Shown here: piece after piece, positions 10,633 to 20,639 of the stretch
Layout: the number at the start of each line of letters is the position of its first letter
Position numbering within the stretch: position 1 is the first letter of the stretch
Virus record (IMG/VR): IMGVR_UViG_3300036771_000052
Coordinates: 1-64,000 of that record
Length of the DNA: 64,000 bases
Strand: one strand, 5' to 3'
From: a virus
Program-made: the position numbers and the translations under genes
Notes under the pieces: model-generated
What the model was told of the DNA's origin: nothing
What the model saw: only the letters and a program-made list of their open reading frames with translations
The model's database searches: none

Positions 10633-12352
10633 GAGTTCCTCCGGTGGTGTTCGGCTCTGATCTCGTCGAAGATCGCCAACGACCTCTTATACCCAGCGAC
10701 ATCCCCCAACTCTTTACACTCCGTAAGGGATTGTAGACAGACTCTGGCGGCTTCAGACAGTTCGTCGTCGGTCATGGGGACGAGTTTCTCCCGGATTTCC
10801 TGCATGGCGAGCTCTCGGAGTACCTCTTCGAGCCGGCTCACTGGTGTTTCGCTAGTAGTCGTTCGGCGTGTTCGATGAACGGCTCCAAATTCGGCGGGTC
10901 ATCAGATTTGATGATCCCCACCAGGATGCGTATCTCATCCAACGCCTCGTTCAGGCGCTCTCGGAGCGCTGCCTTCTCCTCGGTTTCTTTCTCTTCGTGA
11001 TACCGTTCGGCGATACGAATCAGGTCATTCTGAAGATGAATTCCCCGTGGCTCTTCCTCCATCTCGAAAACGCAAACCTCGGTCGCGTTGACCCGCATGT
11101 CATACCACATGTCGCCGACTCTCACGTGGAGGGTTTTGACGTATGAGGATTCCAGGTACTGCTCGTCGACGACTATCCCGGCGTCGCCGGCTGCCTTCAC
11201 CCACGCCTGAGTGGCGTCGTACCACCACTCGTAGTCGTTAGCGCCGTCGGGTGGGAGGGTCACGCGTACGTCGGTTGGGGTCATCTCCACTCTCCTGCCA
11301 TGAGGAACTCATGCTCCTCCGGGGTCAAAAAAGCATCCCCCATCGCTAGCCGCACCATCCCCCGAGTGGTGACACAGGTGGGTCCCTGCATGGCGTCCAC
11401 AAATTTCGCCAGGACGGACTCGACGGTGGGTTCGTTGGCCATGTCCACCAGTTCGACTCCTTGGTCTAGGGTCATGTGTCCGTTGTTGATGGCGGTGATG
11501 ATTTCCGGGTCGTCGTGAGCGATGATTTTCTCCGCTTTCGCTAGATTCCCCGGGGAAAGACTCAAGCTCGGAGTCTCAGGGTTGGTCATCATGTGCTTCT
11601 CCGACGATATCCAGGAGCGCCGCAGCAAGCCGGCGCGCCTTCTCACGGGTGAGGTAGAACCCTTCGTTGCGGACTCCGCCGCGGCCGCCGAGGAATTCAA
11701 GATTCACCACCGCGAGCGCTATGTCGTCGTTGATGACGGCGGTCACTCCGATGGTTGCGGATTCGTCGCTCGGTCTGGTCGACTCGACCGGGATGCTGAC
11801 CGACGAAGTTGGATAGTCGAGTTTGAGTCCACTCATCCTCGTTCCTTCATCTCGACCTGGTGTTGGTGTTGTTCGTCAAAGGTGGCGGGTCGCAGTATGT
11901 CACCTTCCAGTTTTGCGATGCCGTTGGTGATGAACAGAGCCGCCATGGCCAGCTCGTCGTCGGCGAGGAGCCGGTGGTCGACGGGGAGCCTGTTCCATAG
12001 TTCCGCCGCGAGAACATCCTCATCCACGCCGCCACCTCAGCAGGAAACTTTTCTCCTCTGCGGTGAGGTAGACGGCGCTCATGTTCTGCCGGAAGCCTCC
12101 TTGGTCGCTGAACTTTGCTGGTCCGCGGCGCGCCTCCCAGAATTTGATGAGAAGTTTCTCAGCCATATCCAAGTTGTCAAGGAATCGTTGACGCTCCGAC
12201 CCGGAGAAATACTCCGCAACAGCGTTTACATCCGTAACATCCGAAGCAGCCGTATCGTAGGTGTCGTCCATTAAGGCGTCGATCTCCTCATCCGTAGGTT
12301 CGGGGTCTTCCGGATTAGCCATGATGCATCCTCTCGGTGTACAGTGCAAAAC

Positions 12353-12389
12353 GGAGACCGGATCGCAATTCCCCCTGGGTCCGGTCTCC
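12353..12389. terminator. Intergenic hairpin, possible terminator
   Basis: GGAGACCGGA...TCCGGTCTCC inverted repeat between ORFs. Confidence 0.45.
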
Positions 12390-13013
12390 CCCGGATTCCG
12401 ACCACCTGGTCACGACGGTCCCTCCCTGTAGCGGGGACTGTTAAAGAATCCGACGAAGGCCGAACCGTATGCCGATGACGGTTCGGCCTTCACCATTGTG
12501 GTAGCCTTTCGCCGCCAACCGTCGAGAGCTTCTCCGGTTGGTCGAACGTCCCGGACCCACGCGGGCTGCCATGGTCCGGGACGTTCGTCATTTCCACTCC
12601 GCCAAACCCACATCTGTGAGCGCATCTGTCACAGTGGTCTTTGACGGAACACACGTCCCACACCACACCAGGAGTATCTGGGTGTGTTCGATGTCGATCC
12701 AGCCGCCGCGGTATTCCCGCTCTCGGTGGAACACCAACGTGTGATACAGCTGGCCGAGGGGGATGTCGTCTCCACACACCCCGCAGTGGTTACGCATCTT
12801 CGTAGGCGTAGGTGACGCGGTCTAACCCGTCGATGGCGTGTTCCATGTCTTCCATCCATCCGATGGGGTCGTCGGCGTCGTCTTTCCATGCGCGGGGTTG
12901 CCGGTCGAACTTTCGCCGCGCCGACGCTAACGCAATCTCGAAGTCGGCCATCAACGCCAACGCGCGGACGTTCAGTTTCGGATCGAGCTCGAACTTCGGT
13001 TCCATAATTCCTC

Positions 13014-13275
13014 TCAGTACAGGATGGGTCCTACGAGGCTGCACACCGTTTTGACGAACTCGATGCTCCCGGTGAACGTCCCCGTCTGCTGGTAGGTGGT
13101 GACCTCCGTTATGAACTCCTGGGGTTGGGTGGTGCGTTCGATCCAGTCCAAAGCGCAGGCACAGTACCCCATCCCACCTTTCTGTTCGCAGCTGACGAGG
13201 AACGCGTTTTCGAAGTCGTACCCGTATAGGTAGCGACCGCATCCCGACACTAGCAACACCAGCAACAGGGGCATG
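13014..13275 (-). CDS. Putative lipoprotein (ends approximate)
   Basis: MPLLLVLLVSGC lipobox-like signal; Cys-containing mature part. Confidence 0.55.
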
Positions 13276-13282
13276 AGGCGTC

Positions 13283-13615
13283 TCATCGGTAGTCGTCCAG
13301 GTCTAGCTCTCCCTGGTACGGCCGGTGTTGATGCGGGTTGTGGTACGGCAGCTGGCGGTTCACCGGTCGTGCAGGCGCGGTTGTCGGAGCTGTGGGGGTT
13401 GCGAGGTTGCCTCTCAAGAAAATCCCGAGAGCCACCAACCCGGCGAACGTACCCCAAAAATCGCACCAGACCGCGACGCTTGGCACCCACACACACGTGC
13501 TGAACAGCGCGATGCTGGCGACGAAGCAGCTAAACGCGCAGAGAACCGTGACCGGTTCACGTCGACTGATGGACATCATCTTCCCTTCCTCGGTGGGACA
13601 CATTTTCGCATCCAC
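13283..13615 (-). CDS. Two-TM membrane protein
   Basis: Two hydrophobic segments; first gene of the leftward arm. Confidence 0.55.
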   Translation of the reverse strand: MDAKMCPTEEGKMMSISRREPVTVLCAFSCFVASIALFSTCVWVPSVAVWCDFWGTFAGLVALGIFLRGNLATPTAPTTAPARPVNRQLPYHNPHQHRPYQGELDLDDYR

Positions 13616-13678
13616 CGCAGGGTGGAGTCCAATGTTATAACTTTTCGCTATCTATCTATATGAATATATGGGGGTTCA

Positions 13679-16189
13679 ATGCGCGACGAGAACCCTGAGC
13701 TAGTCGAAGCCGGCCTTGACCAGCTGGAAATGCTGAAACGACTACAAGCCAGGAATGAAGCGCTCGAACGTCTAATCGCCACAAAAGTATCCGACAGACC
13801 ACGACCCTGGCACGATCTCGCTCGACCAGAACAGCTACCCCCGGAGGGTATCTGGAATATCTGGTTGATCTTGGCCGGGAGAGGGTTCGGGAAAGCGCTC
13901 TCTTTGGAGACGCCGATCTCAACACCTCAGGGTTGGTCTCTCATGGGGAAACTCGATGTCGGCGCCCAAGTCTTCGACGAGAACGGTCAAGTTTGTAATG
14001 TCACCGCCGTTCACGATATTTGGTCGGATGAATCCTACCGACTGACGTTCTCCGACGGCGCCACTCTGGACGCCTGCGCCGACCACAGATGGGTCACATG
14101 GACCCACGCGGACCGGAAAGCGTATTCACGTAACGGCGATGGATTCCCGACGGATTGGCCAAACTGGCGCTCCCCTACGGGATTGGGACCATGTGTCCGT
14201 ACTACCAGAGAGGTTGTTGACAGCCTCACTTATGGGAAGCGTGGTGACACAAACCATTCGATCCCCGTCGCTAGGACACTACAACTCCCTGAGGTCGACC
14301 TTCCTGTAGACCCGTACGTTTTCGGAGTCTGGCTTGGTGACGGTTCATCGGCCTCTGCAACCGTGACCATCGGTCGGGATGATGCGGCCGACATGATCCG
14401 GCTGCTTGAGGCATGCGGAGAGAAGGTCACTCCAACTGCTGATCCCATCTCCTACACGGTGGGGAGTCGACCGCTAGCGCGGGACTCGCACGGTCGTATG
14501 ACGGCCAACGGGAGTCTTCATTCGCGGTTGAAAGCTTTGAGTGTCCTGGACAACAAATTCGTACCTCAGGTGTATCGACGTTCCTCTGCTGCGCAAAGGT
14601 TGGCGCTGCTTCAAGGTTTGATGGACACCGACGGATGCATCAGCGCCGGGGGGTACGTTGAGTTCACCTCGATCAAATATGTCCTCGCTGAAGCCGTGAT
14701 GGAATTGGCGTGTTCTCTGGGACAGAAACCAAAGCTCAGCGAAGGACGCGCAACTCTCGACGGACGTGATTGCGGTCCGAAATACCGCGTCACATGGCGT
14801 CCCACGATCGACGTGTTCCGACTGCCACGTAAGAGCGGTCGTGTGAAACCGTTGGGTTCGCAGGGAATGCGGAATCTTCATCGGATGATCGTCGGAGCTG
14901 AATCTATCGCGGCGCAGCCGATGCGGTGCATCACTGTTGACTCGCCGAATCACATGTATCTCGCCGGAAGGCAGATGATCCCTACTCATAACACCCGGAC
15001 CGGCGCCGAGTGGATCGCCGAACAAGCCGTGCGGAACCCTGGAACTGAGTGGGCTATCGTCGCTCCCACTTGGCGTGACTGTCGAAAGGTTTGCATCGAA
15101 GGACCCTCAGGTTTATTGAAAGCGTTCCTTCCCGGGGAGCTTGAATCGATGAACGCATCCGATTTGACGGTGCGTTTAAATAATGGCAGTAGGATTTACG
15201 GCTACTCTTCCGACGGGTACGAAAGACTCAGAGGAAGCAACTTAGCCGGAGCCTGGGTTGACGAGGCCGCGGTGATGGACCGCGTCGATGACATGTTTTC
15301 CGAAGCGCTCATGCCGGCGTTGCGTATCGGCCAAAACCCGCGTGTGTTGATTACCACTACGCCACGTCCGATCGGCTTTTTGCGTGATCTCATCGGTAGG
15401 GATAATGATTCGGTCGCTATCACCCGCGGGAAAACGTGGGACAACGCCGCCAATCTCTCCAAAACAGCTCTCGACGAGCTCAAAGCTATCTATGCTGGGA
15501 CGAGGATCGGTCTCCAAGAACTCGAAGGTGAGCTGCTTGAGGACATTCAAGGCGCTTTGTGGAATCACGAGCTGATCGCTAAGACTCGTGTGCATGTGTT
15601 GCCGCCAATGTCCCGGATCGTTGTGGGTGTCGACCCTGCTGTGACTTCCGGTGAAAAGGCTGACTTCACGGGGATTGTGGTTGCCGGTAGGAGTCATGAT
15701 GGTCATTTGTACATTCTTGAGGATTGTACGATGAAAGGTACCCCGCAGGCGTGTATGGCGACCGCGGTGAACGCCTACCACAGGTGGCATGCCGACCGGA
15801 TTGTTGGTGAGGTCAACAATGGCGGGGATTACATCGAGACCGTGATCCGGTCGATTGATTCTAATGTTGCGTATAAGACTGTTCGCGCCACCAGGGGGAA
15901 GTTGGTTCGTGCTGAACCTATTTCTGCGTTGTGGGAGCAGGAACGCGGCCACATCTATAAGACTCTACCTAAGTTGGAGGATCAGATGTGTTTGTTCACA
16001 CCTGATTCTAAAGAGTCTCCGGATAATTTGGACGCGATGGTGTGGGCTGCTACTGAGTTGAATATGGGTGCGACGGCGGCGATTTGGTTGTCGGCGATGT
16101 CTAATTTGTGTAATTATTGTGAGACGCCGAATCCTAAAAGTTCCACGTCGTGCGTTGTTTGCCATGCGCCTTTGTTGGTAGCGGCATAG
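13679..16189 (+). CDS. terL: Terminase large subunit, intein-containing
   Basis: Walker A AGRGFGK|T, Walker B WVDEAA, ITTTP, nuclease motifs VVGVDPA and SPDNLDA; C-terminal CxxC-CxxC ribbon. Confidence 0.95.
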   Translation: MRDENPELVEAGLDQLEMLKRLQARNEALERLIATKVSDRPRPWHDLARPEQLPPEGIWNIWLILAGRGFGKALSLETPISTPQGWSLMGKLDVGAQVFDENGQVCNVTAVHDIWSDESYRLTFSDGATLDACADHRWVTWTHADRKAYSRNGDGFPTDWPNWRSPTGLGPCVRTTREVVDSLTYGKRGDTNHSIPVARTLQLPEVDLPVDPYVFGVWLGDGSSASATVTIGRDDAADMIRLLEACGEKVTPTADPISYTVGSRPLARDSHGRMTANGSLHSRLKALSVLDNKFVPQVYRRSSAAQRLALLQGLMDTDGCISAGGYVEFTSIKYVLAEAVMELACSLGQKPKLSEGRATLDGRDCGPKYRVTWRPTIDVFRLPRKSGRVKPLGSQGMRNLHRMIVGAESIAAQPMRCITVDSPNHMYLAGRQMIPTHNTRTGAEWIAEQAVRNPGTEWAIVAPTWRDCRKVCIEGPSGLLKAFLPGELESMNASDLTVRLNNGSRIYGYSSDGYERLRGSNLAGAWVDEAAVMDRVDDMFSEALMPALRIGQNPRVLITTTPRPIGFLRDLIGRDNDSVAITRGKTWDNAANLSKTALDELKAIYAGTRIGLQELEGELLEDIQGALWNHELIAKTRVHVLPPMSRIVVGVDPAVTSGEKADFTGIVVAGRSHDGHLYILEDCTMKGTPQACMATAVNAYHRWHADRIVGEVNNGGDYIETVIRSIDSNVAYKTVRATRGKLVRAEPISALWEQERGHIYKTLPKLEDQMCLFTPDSKESPDNLDAMVWAATELNMGATAAIWLSAMSNLCNYCETPNPKSSTSCVVCHAPLLVAA
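13895..14992 (+). mobile_element. Class 3 intein with LAGLIDADG homing endonuclease (366 aa)
   Basis: Inserted between GK and T of Walker A; Ala1, block B DHRW, block F MRCITVDS, block G IPTHN; motifs GVWLGDG and QGLMDTDG. Confidence 0.93.
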
Positions 16190-16208
16190 TAGTTTTGAGG
16201 GTGGTTGT

Positions 16209-18164
16209 ATGCCTATTAGGCGTCCTACCCGGGTGACACCAAGGCCGACTCGGCTTGCGGGTTATCGCCGGGTCGTTCAGGAAGAAGTACAGAAAGAACT
16301 CGCTAAAGCGTTGGCTTTACCTCGGGGTGCGACTACGCAGGAGATCACTTCTGGGTATTTGGCGAGTTTGCAGATGAATGGGTCGCCACGTATTAGTGGT
16401 TCCGCGTCTTTGCCGCGAGACCCGAACAATATGTATCCGTTCGGTCCTGGGGAAAGCTTGTATCCGGCGCCGATCGCGCCGGTTATTCCTTCGACGGGTC
16501 GTCAACCTCCGCAGTTGCGGAACTACGAACCGTCGTGGAACCTTCAAACGACCACCACTCGCGCGGTGCCGTGGACTGTGTTACGGGACGCGGCGAACCA
16601 AGTTTCCATTATGCGAGCTTGTATCGATACGTGTATTTCTGCTATCACGGGGTTGGAGTGGTCGTTCGGTATCGATACAGCTAAGGCGCGTGCTTTGGCG
16701 AAACGAGCCGATACTTCCAGCCACGAAGTGATTTCTGATTTGCAGGATAAGTATGCGGATGATATTGATCGTCTGCATCAGTGGTGGATGAAACCGGACC
16801 GCATCAATCAATTAACTTTCGTCCAGTGGTTGACGATGTTGTTGGAGGATGAGTTGGTGTTGGATGCGGTTTCTTTGTATCCGCATTTCGCGTTGAGTGG
16901 CGACCTCCACTCTATCGAAATTATCGACTCCACCACTATCAAACCTCTTCTAGATATTCGTGGTGCGACACCGCAGCCACCATATCCTGCTTATCAGCAG
17001 ATCCGTTACGGCTTCCCTCGCGGGGAATATCAACAACCGACTCCTCCGGAGCTGGTGGATCACGAATTTGTGAGTGTGATCTACGGGAAACCCCCCCCGG
17101 ACACCTCTCCGACGGATCAGTTGATTTATAAGGTGCGGAATTGCCGAACGAGTTCTCCGTATGGATTTTCGAATGTTGAGCGGTCGTTGTCTGATGTGGA
17201 TTTGTGGTTGAAACGGTTCGACTGGTTGCGGTCAGAGTATTCGGCTGGTGTGACCCCGGAGATGATCGTGAAAGTTGATATGGCGATGACTCCGGAACAG
17301 CTCAGACAGTACGAGGCGATTTTCAACGACGATCTTTCGGGTAGGACCGCGGAAAGACACCGCGCACGGTTCCTACCGGCGGGTTTCGAACCGTCCTATC
17401 CGGCGGGTTTTGAGGCTAAGTTCCAATCCGACCTTGACCTTCACATTGTCAGGTTGATTTGCGCATCTTTCGATGTGTTGCCGACGTCGTTGGGGTTCAC
17501 CCCCAATCACGGTATGGGTGGGATGGGTGGTGCCGGTCACCAGCAGGGTGAGCAGGATTCCCAGTTGGCGCGGGGTACAAAACCTCGAACTAAGTGGCTG
17601 ATCGATGTGATCAACGAGATTTGCCAAAACTACCTCGGTATGCCACCTGAGGTCACTTTCCAATTCCACGGCATCGACGACGAGGACGAACAAAAGGAAG
17701 CCACTCTCCTTGAGGGGTATGTGAATAACGGTGGGATGGTGTTGAACGAGATGCGTGACCGGTTGAACCTGCCGCGTTATTCGATTGAGCAGGCTAACGA
17801 GCCGTTTATTGCTACTCCTACTGGTCCGGCGTTCTTTAATCCTAAGGTTCAGCCGGTGGGTATGCCGGGTAACCTTCCTTCGGCGGATCAAAATAAGCCA
17901 GGTCCAGCAGAACCAAGTAAACCGGCCGCGCCGTCATCTGCTTCCGTGGGGACGCGAGACCAGCAGGTTCAGAAGGTTTCCAAATCGGCTGAACAGAAAG
18001 CGTTCCTCTCTTGCGTCCAAGCTTCTGTGAAAACCGGGAAAGAGTGGTCTGGGTTCACTTTCAAAGCGTATTCGCCGGTGGTGGCGGAAGCAGCTAATAG
18101 GTTGGCGGCGGATGGGGATGTGGACGCCTGCAAAGTGCTGTTCACGTTAGATGATGAATTCTAA
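16209..18164 (+). CDS. Portal protein
   Basis: Follows TerL; SSPYGFSNVE, ICASFDVLPTSLG and LNEMRDRLNL portal-like motifs. Confidence 0.9.
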   Translation: MPIRRPTRVTPRPTRLAGYRRVVQEEVQKELAKALALPRGATTQEITSGYLASLQMNGSPRISGSASLPRDPNNMYPFGPGESLYPAPIAPVIPSTGRQPPQLRNYEPSWNLQTTTTRAVPWTVLRDAANQVSIMRACIDTCISAITGLEWSFGIDTAKARALAKRADTSSHEVISDLQDKYADDIDRLHQWWMKPDRINQLTFVQWLTMLLEDELVLDAVSLYPHFALSGDLHSIEIIDSTTIKPLLDIRGATPQPPYPAYQQIRYGFPRGEYQQPTPPELVDHEFVSVIYGKPPPDTSPTDQLIYKVRNCRTSSPYGFSNVERSLSDVDLWLKRFDWLRSEYSAGVTPEMIVKVDMAMTPEQLRQYEAIFNDDLSGRTAERHRARFLPAGFEPSYPAGFEAKFQSDLDLHIVRLICASFDVLPTSLGFTPNHGMGGMGGAGHQQGEQDSQLARGTKPRTKWLIDVINEICQNYLGMPPEVTFQFHGIDDEDEQKEATLLEGYVNNGGMVLNEMRDRLNLPRYSIEQANEPFIATPTGPAFFNPKVQPVGMPGNLPSADQNKPGPAEPSKPAAPSSASVGTRDQQVQKVSKSAEQKAFLSCVQASVKTGKEWSGFTFKAYSPVVAEAANRLAADGDVDACKVLFTLDDEF

Positions 18165-18828
18165 CACGCGTGCGATGGTGGCGTTGGCGAAAGCTAAATC
18201 CGCCACCATGGCGCAACTCTTGAAAGTCGTTGATGAACAAGCTTCCCAAGCAGCCGTGTTGGCGGCGTTGACGGTGTGGTTCGGTTCCTCGGATGCGGTG
18301 CAGGCCGACCAGCTCCCACCGAGATTGATTTCGATGCTCATGCAGCTTGGGGTTTCTCGGAATGCGGCGGAACGTATCGGGTCGATGGCCACTGTGAAGT
18401 CTCTGTCGGGGAGAACTAAAGGCGGTTCACCTGCTCCCGAACGGGAGATGACGGTGGTTCGGCGGGTGGCGTCTGAGGAACCCCGGATGCGCGCCATGTA
18501 CGTGTTGGCGGCGGCGCGACGTTTGACCGCGGCGGAAGATTTCGATGCGGCGATGGACCGGGAAACCCTCTACCTGAAGATGCATGTCCAAGCGGGTCAA
18601 AACCGGCGTCGCGCCGCGAAAAAGGTCGACGACCTCGGCGACCACGTCCTGGTGTGGCGTACCGCCGGGGACAGCAAGGTGGAGGCGCGCTGCGCGGTGT
18701 TGGAAGGTCGTTTGTTCACGGCGGATAACCCGCCGGATGGGGAAATCCCCGGTGCGGTCCATCCGCACTGTAGATGTCACGCCGCGGTGTTCGGTAAGGG
18801 ACCTCTGTTGAACTTCGGGGTAATTTAA
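18151..18828 (+). CDS. MuF/gp7-like minor head protein
   Basis: WRTAGDSKV..C...PGAVHPHCRC. Confidence 0.8.
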   Translation: MMNSNTRAMVALAKAKSATMAQLLKVVDEQASQAAVLAALTVWFGSSDAVQADQLPPRLISMLMQLGVSRNAAERIGSMATVKSLSGRTKGGSPAPEREMTVVRRVASEEPRMRAMYVLAAARRLTAAEDFDAAMDRETLYLKMHVQAGQNRRRAAKKVDDLGDHVLVWRTAGDSKVEARCAVLEGRLFTADNPPDGEIPGAVHPHCRCHAAVFGKGPLLNFGVI

Positions 18829-18841
18829 AGGAAGTTTTATT

Positions 18842-20605
18842 GTGAAAATGACTTCGGTGTTCGCGCCGATCACAAAATCCGTCGAAAATGACGACGGAAC
18901 CATGTATGTGTACGGCAAAGCGACCGGTCCGGATTTGGATTTGGACTACCAGCGTTGCGACCCGGAATGGTTGGCGTCTGCCATGCCGGAGTGGTTCGGC
19001 GTGGGTGGCGCCGGGGGACCTTTCTCCACCGGGGGGAACATTCGGGAACAGCACGACTCGAAGAAAGCCGCCGGCCGCGCCGTCGAACATGACGTTCAAC
19101 CCGACGGCCACTATATTAAAGCACACATCATCGACCCTGTCGCGGTACTAAAAACCAAGCACGGGGTTTACACAGGTTTCTCCATTGGTATCGGCCAGCC
19201 GAGGGTTGAAAAGTCCACTTCGGCTCCTAACGGAATTGTGAAGGACGGAAAGATTTTCGAGGTTTCCCTCGTTGACCGTCCCGCGCTGCCTACGGCGACG
19301 TTCCGTATGTGTAAGCGCGCGATGCCGGGGATGGAAATTTCGGCGGGAGATTTCGACTCCCAAAGGATGTTGGTGAAGTGCGGCGACTTCATCGAGAAAT
19401 CTTCGGACGGGATTCCGGAGATGACGGTGAAGATCGGCGAGTCAATGTCGGAGGAGCAGAAAGCGAAATTCGATTCACTCTACGACTCCCCTGACCTGGC
19501 CGAAGCTGGGTTACTCCCACCGGCCGGGACCGGCGCCAAAGAATACAGTGAGACCACTCGGGACGAGGCGTTGGCGTTCGCCAAACTAGCGAAGGCCGCC
19601 GACATGCCACCGGAATACGACTCCGAACAAGTCGACATCGAAAACGCTCAAGAAGCCATCACTATCCTGTCCCAGCTGATCATTTCTGAAGCTTCGGAGA
19701 TGGCTGATAACCCGGCTGAAGATTGCGACATCAGCATCCTCCTTGACGCTGTGTCGTGTTTGAGGCATTTCATTTGCCGCGAACAGCAGCAGGCGATGGG
19801 TGCCGACAAGCAGCCGATCCCTATCTTGATGGCCGCTGACCCCGACCTTGTGAAGGGCAAATATTCGGCCGAGCAGCTACGCCAAATGCTGAAACAAGGG
19901 AAAGCGATGCGGAACCCTAACGGGGACCCATCGTACCCGATTGCGGATAAATCTGACCTGTCCAATGCCATCCGCGCCGTTGGTCGCGGTTCCGGCGACC
20001 ACAACTCCATTCGCGCTTATATTAAGCGCCGCGCGAAAGCATTAGGAGCTTCTGACATGATTCCAGATAACTGGAGCAGCGACGGCAGCAACAAAACCAC
20101 TGAACCGGACAACACCAAAGTTGACGAGGTTCAGAAGCCTGCCGACGAGGTTCTCAAAACTACCTCCGAGGAGAACTCCGTAACGAAGGAGACTCCGAAG
20201 GAAGACCCCACAGACACAGTCGACACTGTTGACAAGTCTGTGGAAGTCGGCTCCGAGGGTGAACCTTCGGATGTGTTGTTTAAAGCTTTCTCAGCCGCAT
20301 TGGAGGCCGACGACAGTCCACTGTTGAAGTCCTTCCAGGCGATCATTGAGAAGTCCACCGCTAAGACATCCGCGCAGCTCGGGGAGCTGGGAGAACGTCT
20401 TGGTCGGGTAGAGCAGATGGCAACCCCGGGGGGGCCGTCACTGCGTCGAACAGAGCAAGAGCGTGCTGTTGCGCGTCAACAGGATCTAGCTAGCGAATCA
20501 GCTAAGTATAAAGCGCTAGCGATCAACAGCGACGACCAACTTTTGCGCCAGGGTTATTTGGCGAAGGCCGCCATGTTGGACGCTGAAGTTAAGCGCCTCA
20601 GCTAA
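18842..20605 (+). CDS. Prohead protease / scaffold fusion
   Basis: NIREQH, GFSIG and EVSLVDRPA HK97-type protease motifs; acidic and coiled-coil C-terminus. Confidence 0.88.
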   Translation: MKMTSVFAPITKSVENDDGTMYVYGKATGPDLDLDYQRCDPEWLASAMPEWFGVGGAGGPFSTGGNIREQHDSKKAAGRAVEHDVQPDGHYIKAHIIDPVAVLKTKHGVYTGFSIGIGQPRVEKSTSAPNGIVKDGKIFEVSLVDRPALPTATFRMCKRAMPGMEISAGDFDSQRMLVKCGDFIEKSSDGIPEMTVKIGESMSEEQKAKFDSLYDSPDLAEAGLLPPAGTGAKEYSETTRDEALAFAKLAKAADMPPEYDSEQVDIENAQEAITILSQLIISEASEMADNPAEDCDISILLDAVSCLRHFICREQQQAMGADKQPIPILMAADPDLVKGKYSAEQLRQMLKQGKAMRNPNGDPSYPIADKSDLSNAIRAVGRGSGDHNSIRAYIKRRAKALGASDMIPDNWSSDGSNKTTEPDNTKVDEVQKPADEVLKTTSEENSVTKETPKEDPTDTVDTVDKSVEVGSEGEPSDVLFKAFSAALEADDSPLLKSFQAIIEKSTAKTSAQLGELGERLGRVEQMATPGGPSLRRTEQERAVARQQDLASESAKYKALAINSDDQLLRQGYLAKAAMLDAEVKRLS

Positions 20606-20639
20606 ATCACTTTTTTAATTTACGGAAGGTTTAGGGTAG

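Larger units (their letters stand above)
7740..13615 (-). other. Cluster of ~20 small co-oriented hypothetical ORFs
   Basis: Chain of minus-strand ORFs, many with overlapping start/stop codons (e.g. 7740-8222, 8870-9097, 9078-9308, 10021-10251, 10629-10841, 10838-11290, 11576-11836, 11833-12027, 12020-12349, 12588-12797); several Cys-pair and membrane proteins. Confidence 0.7.
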
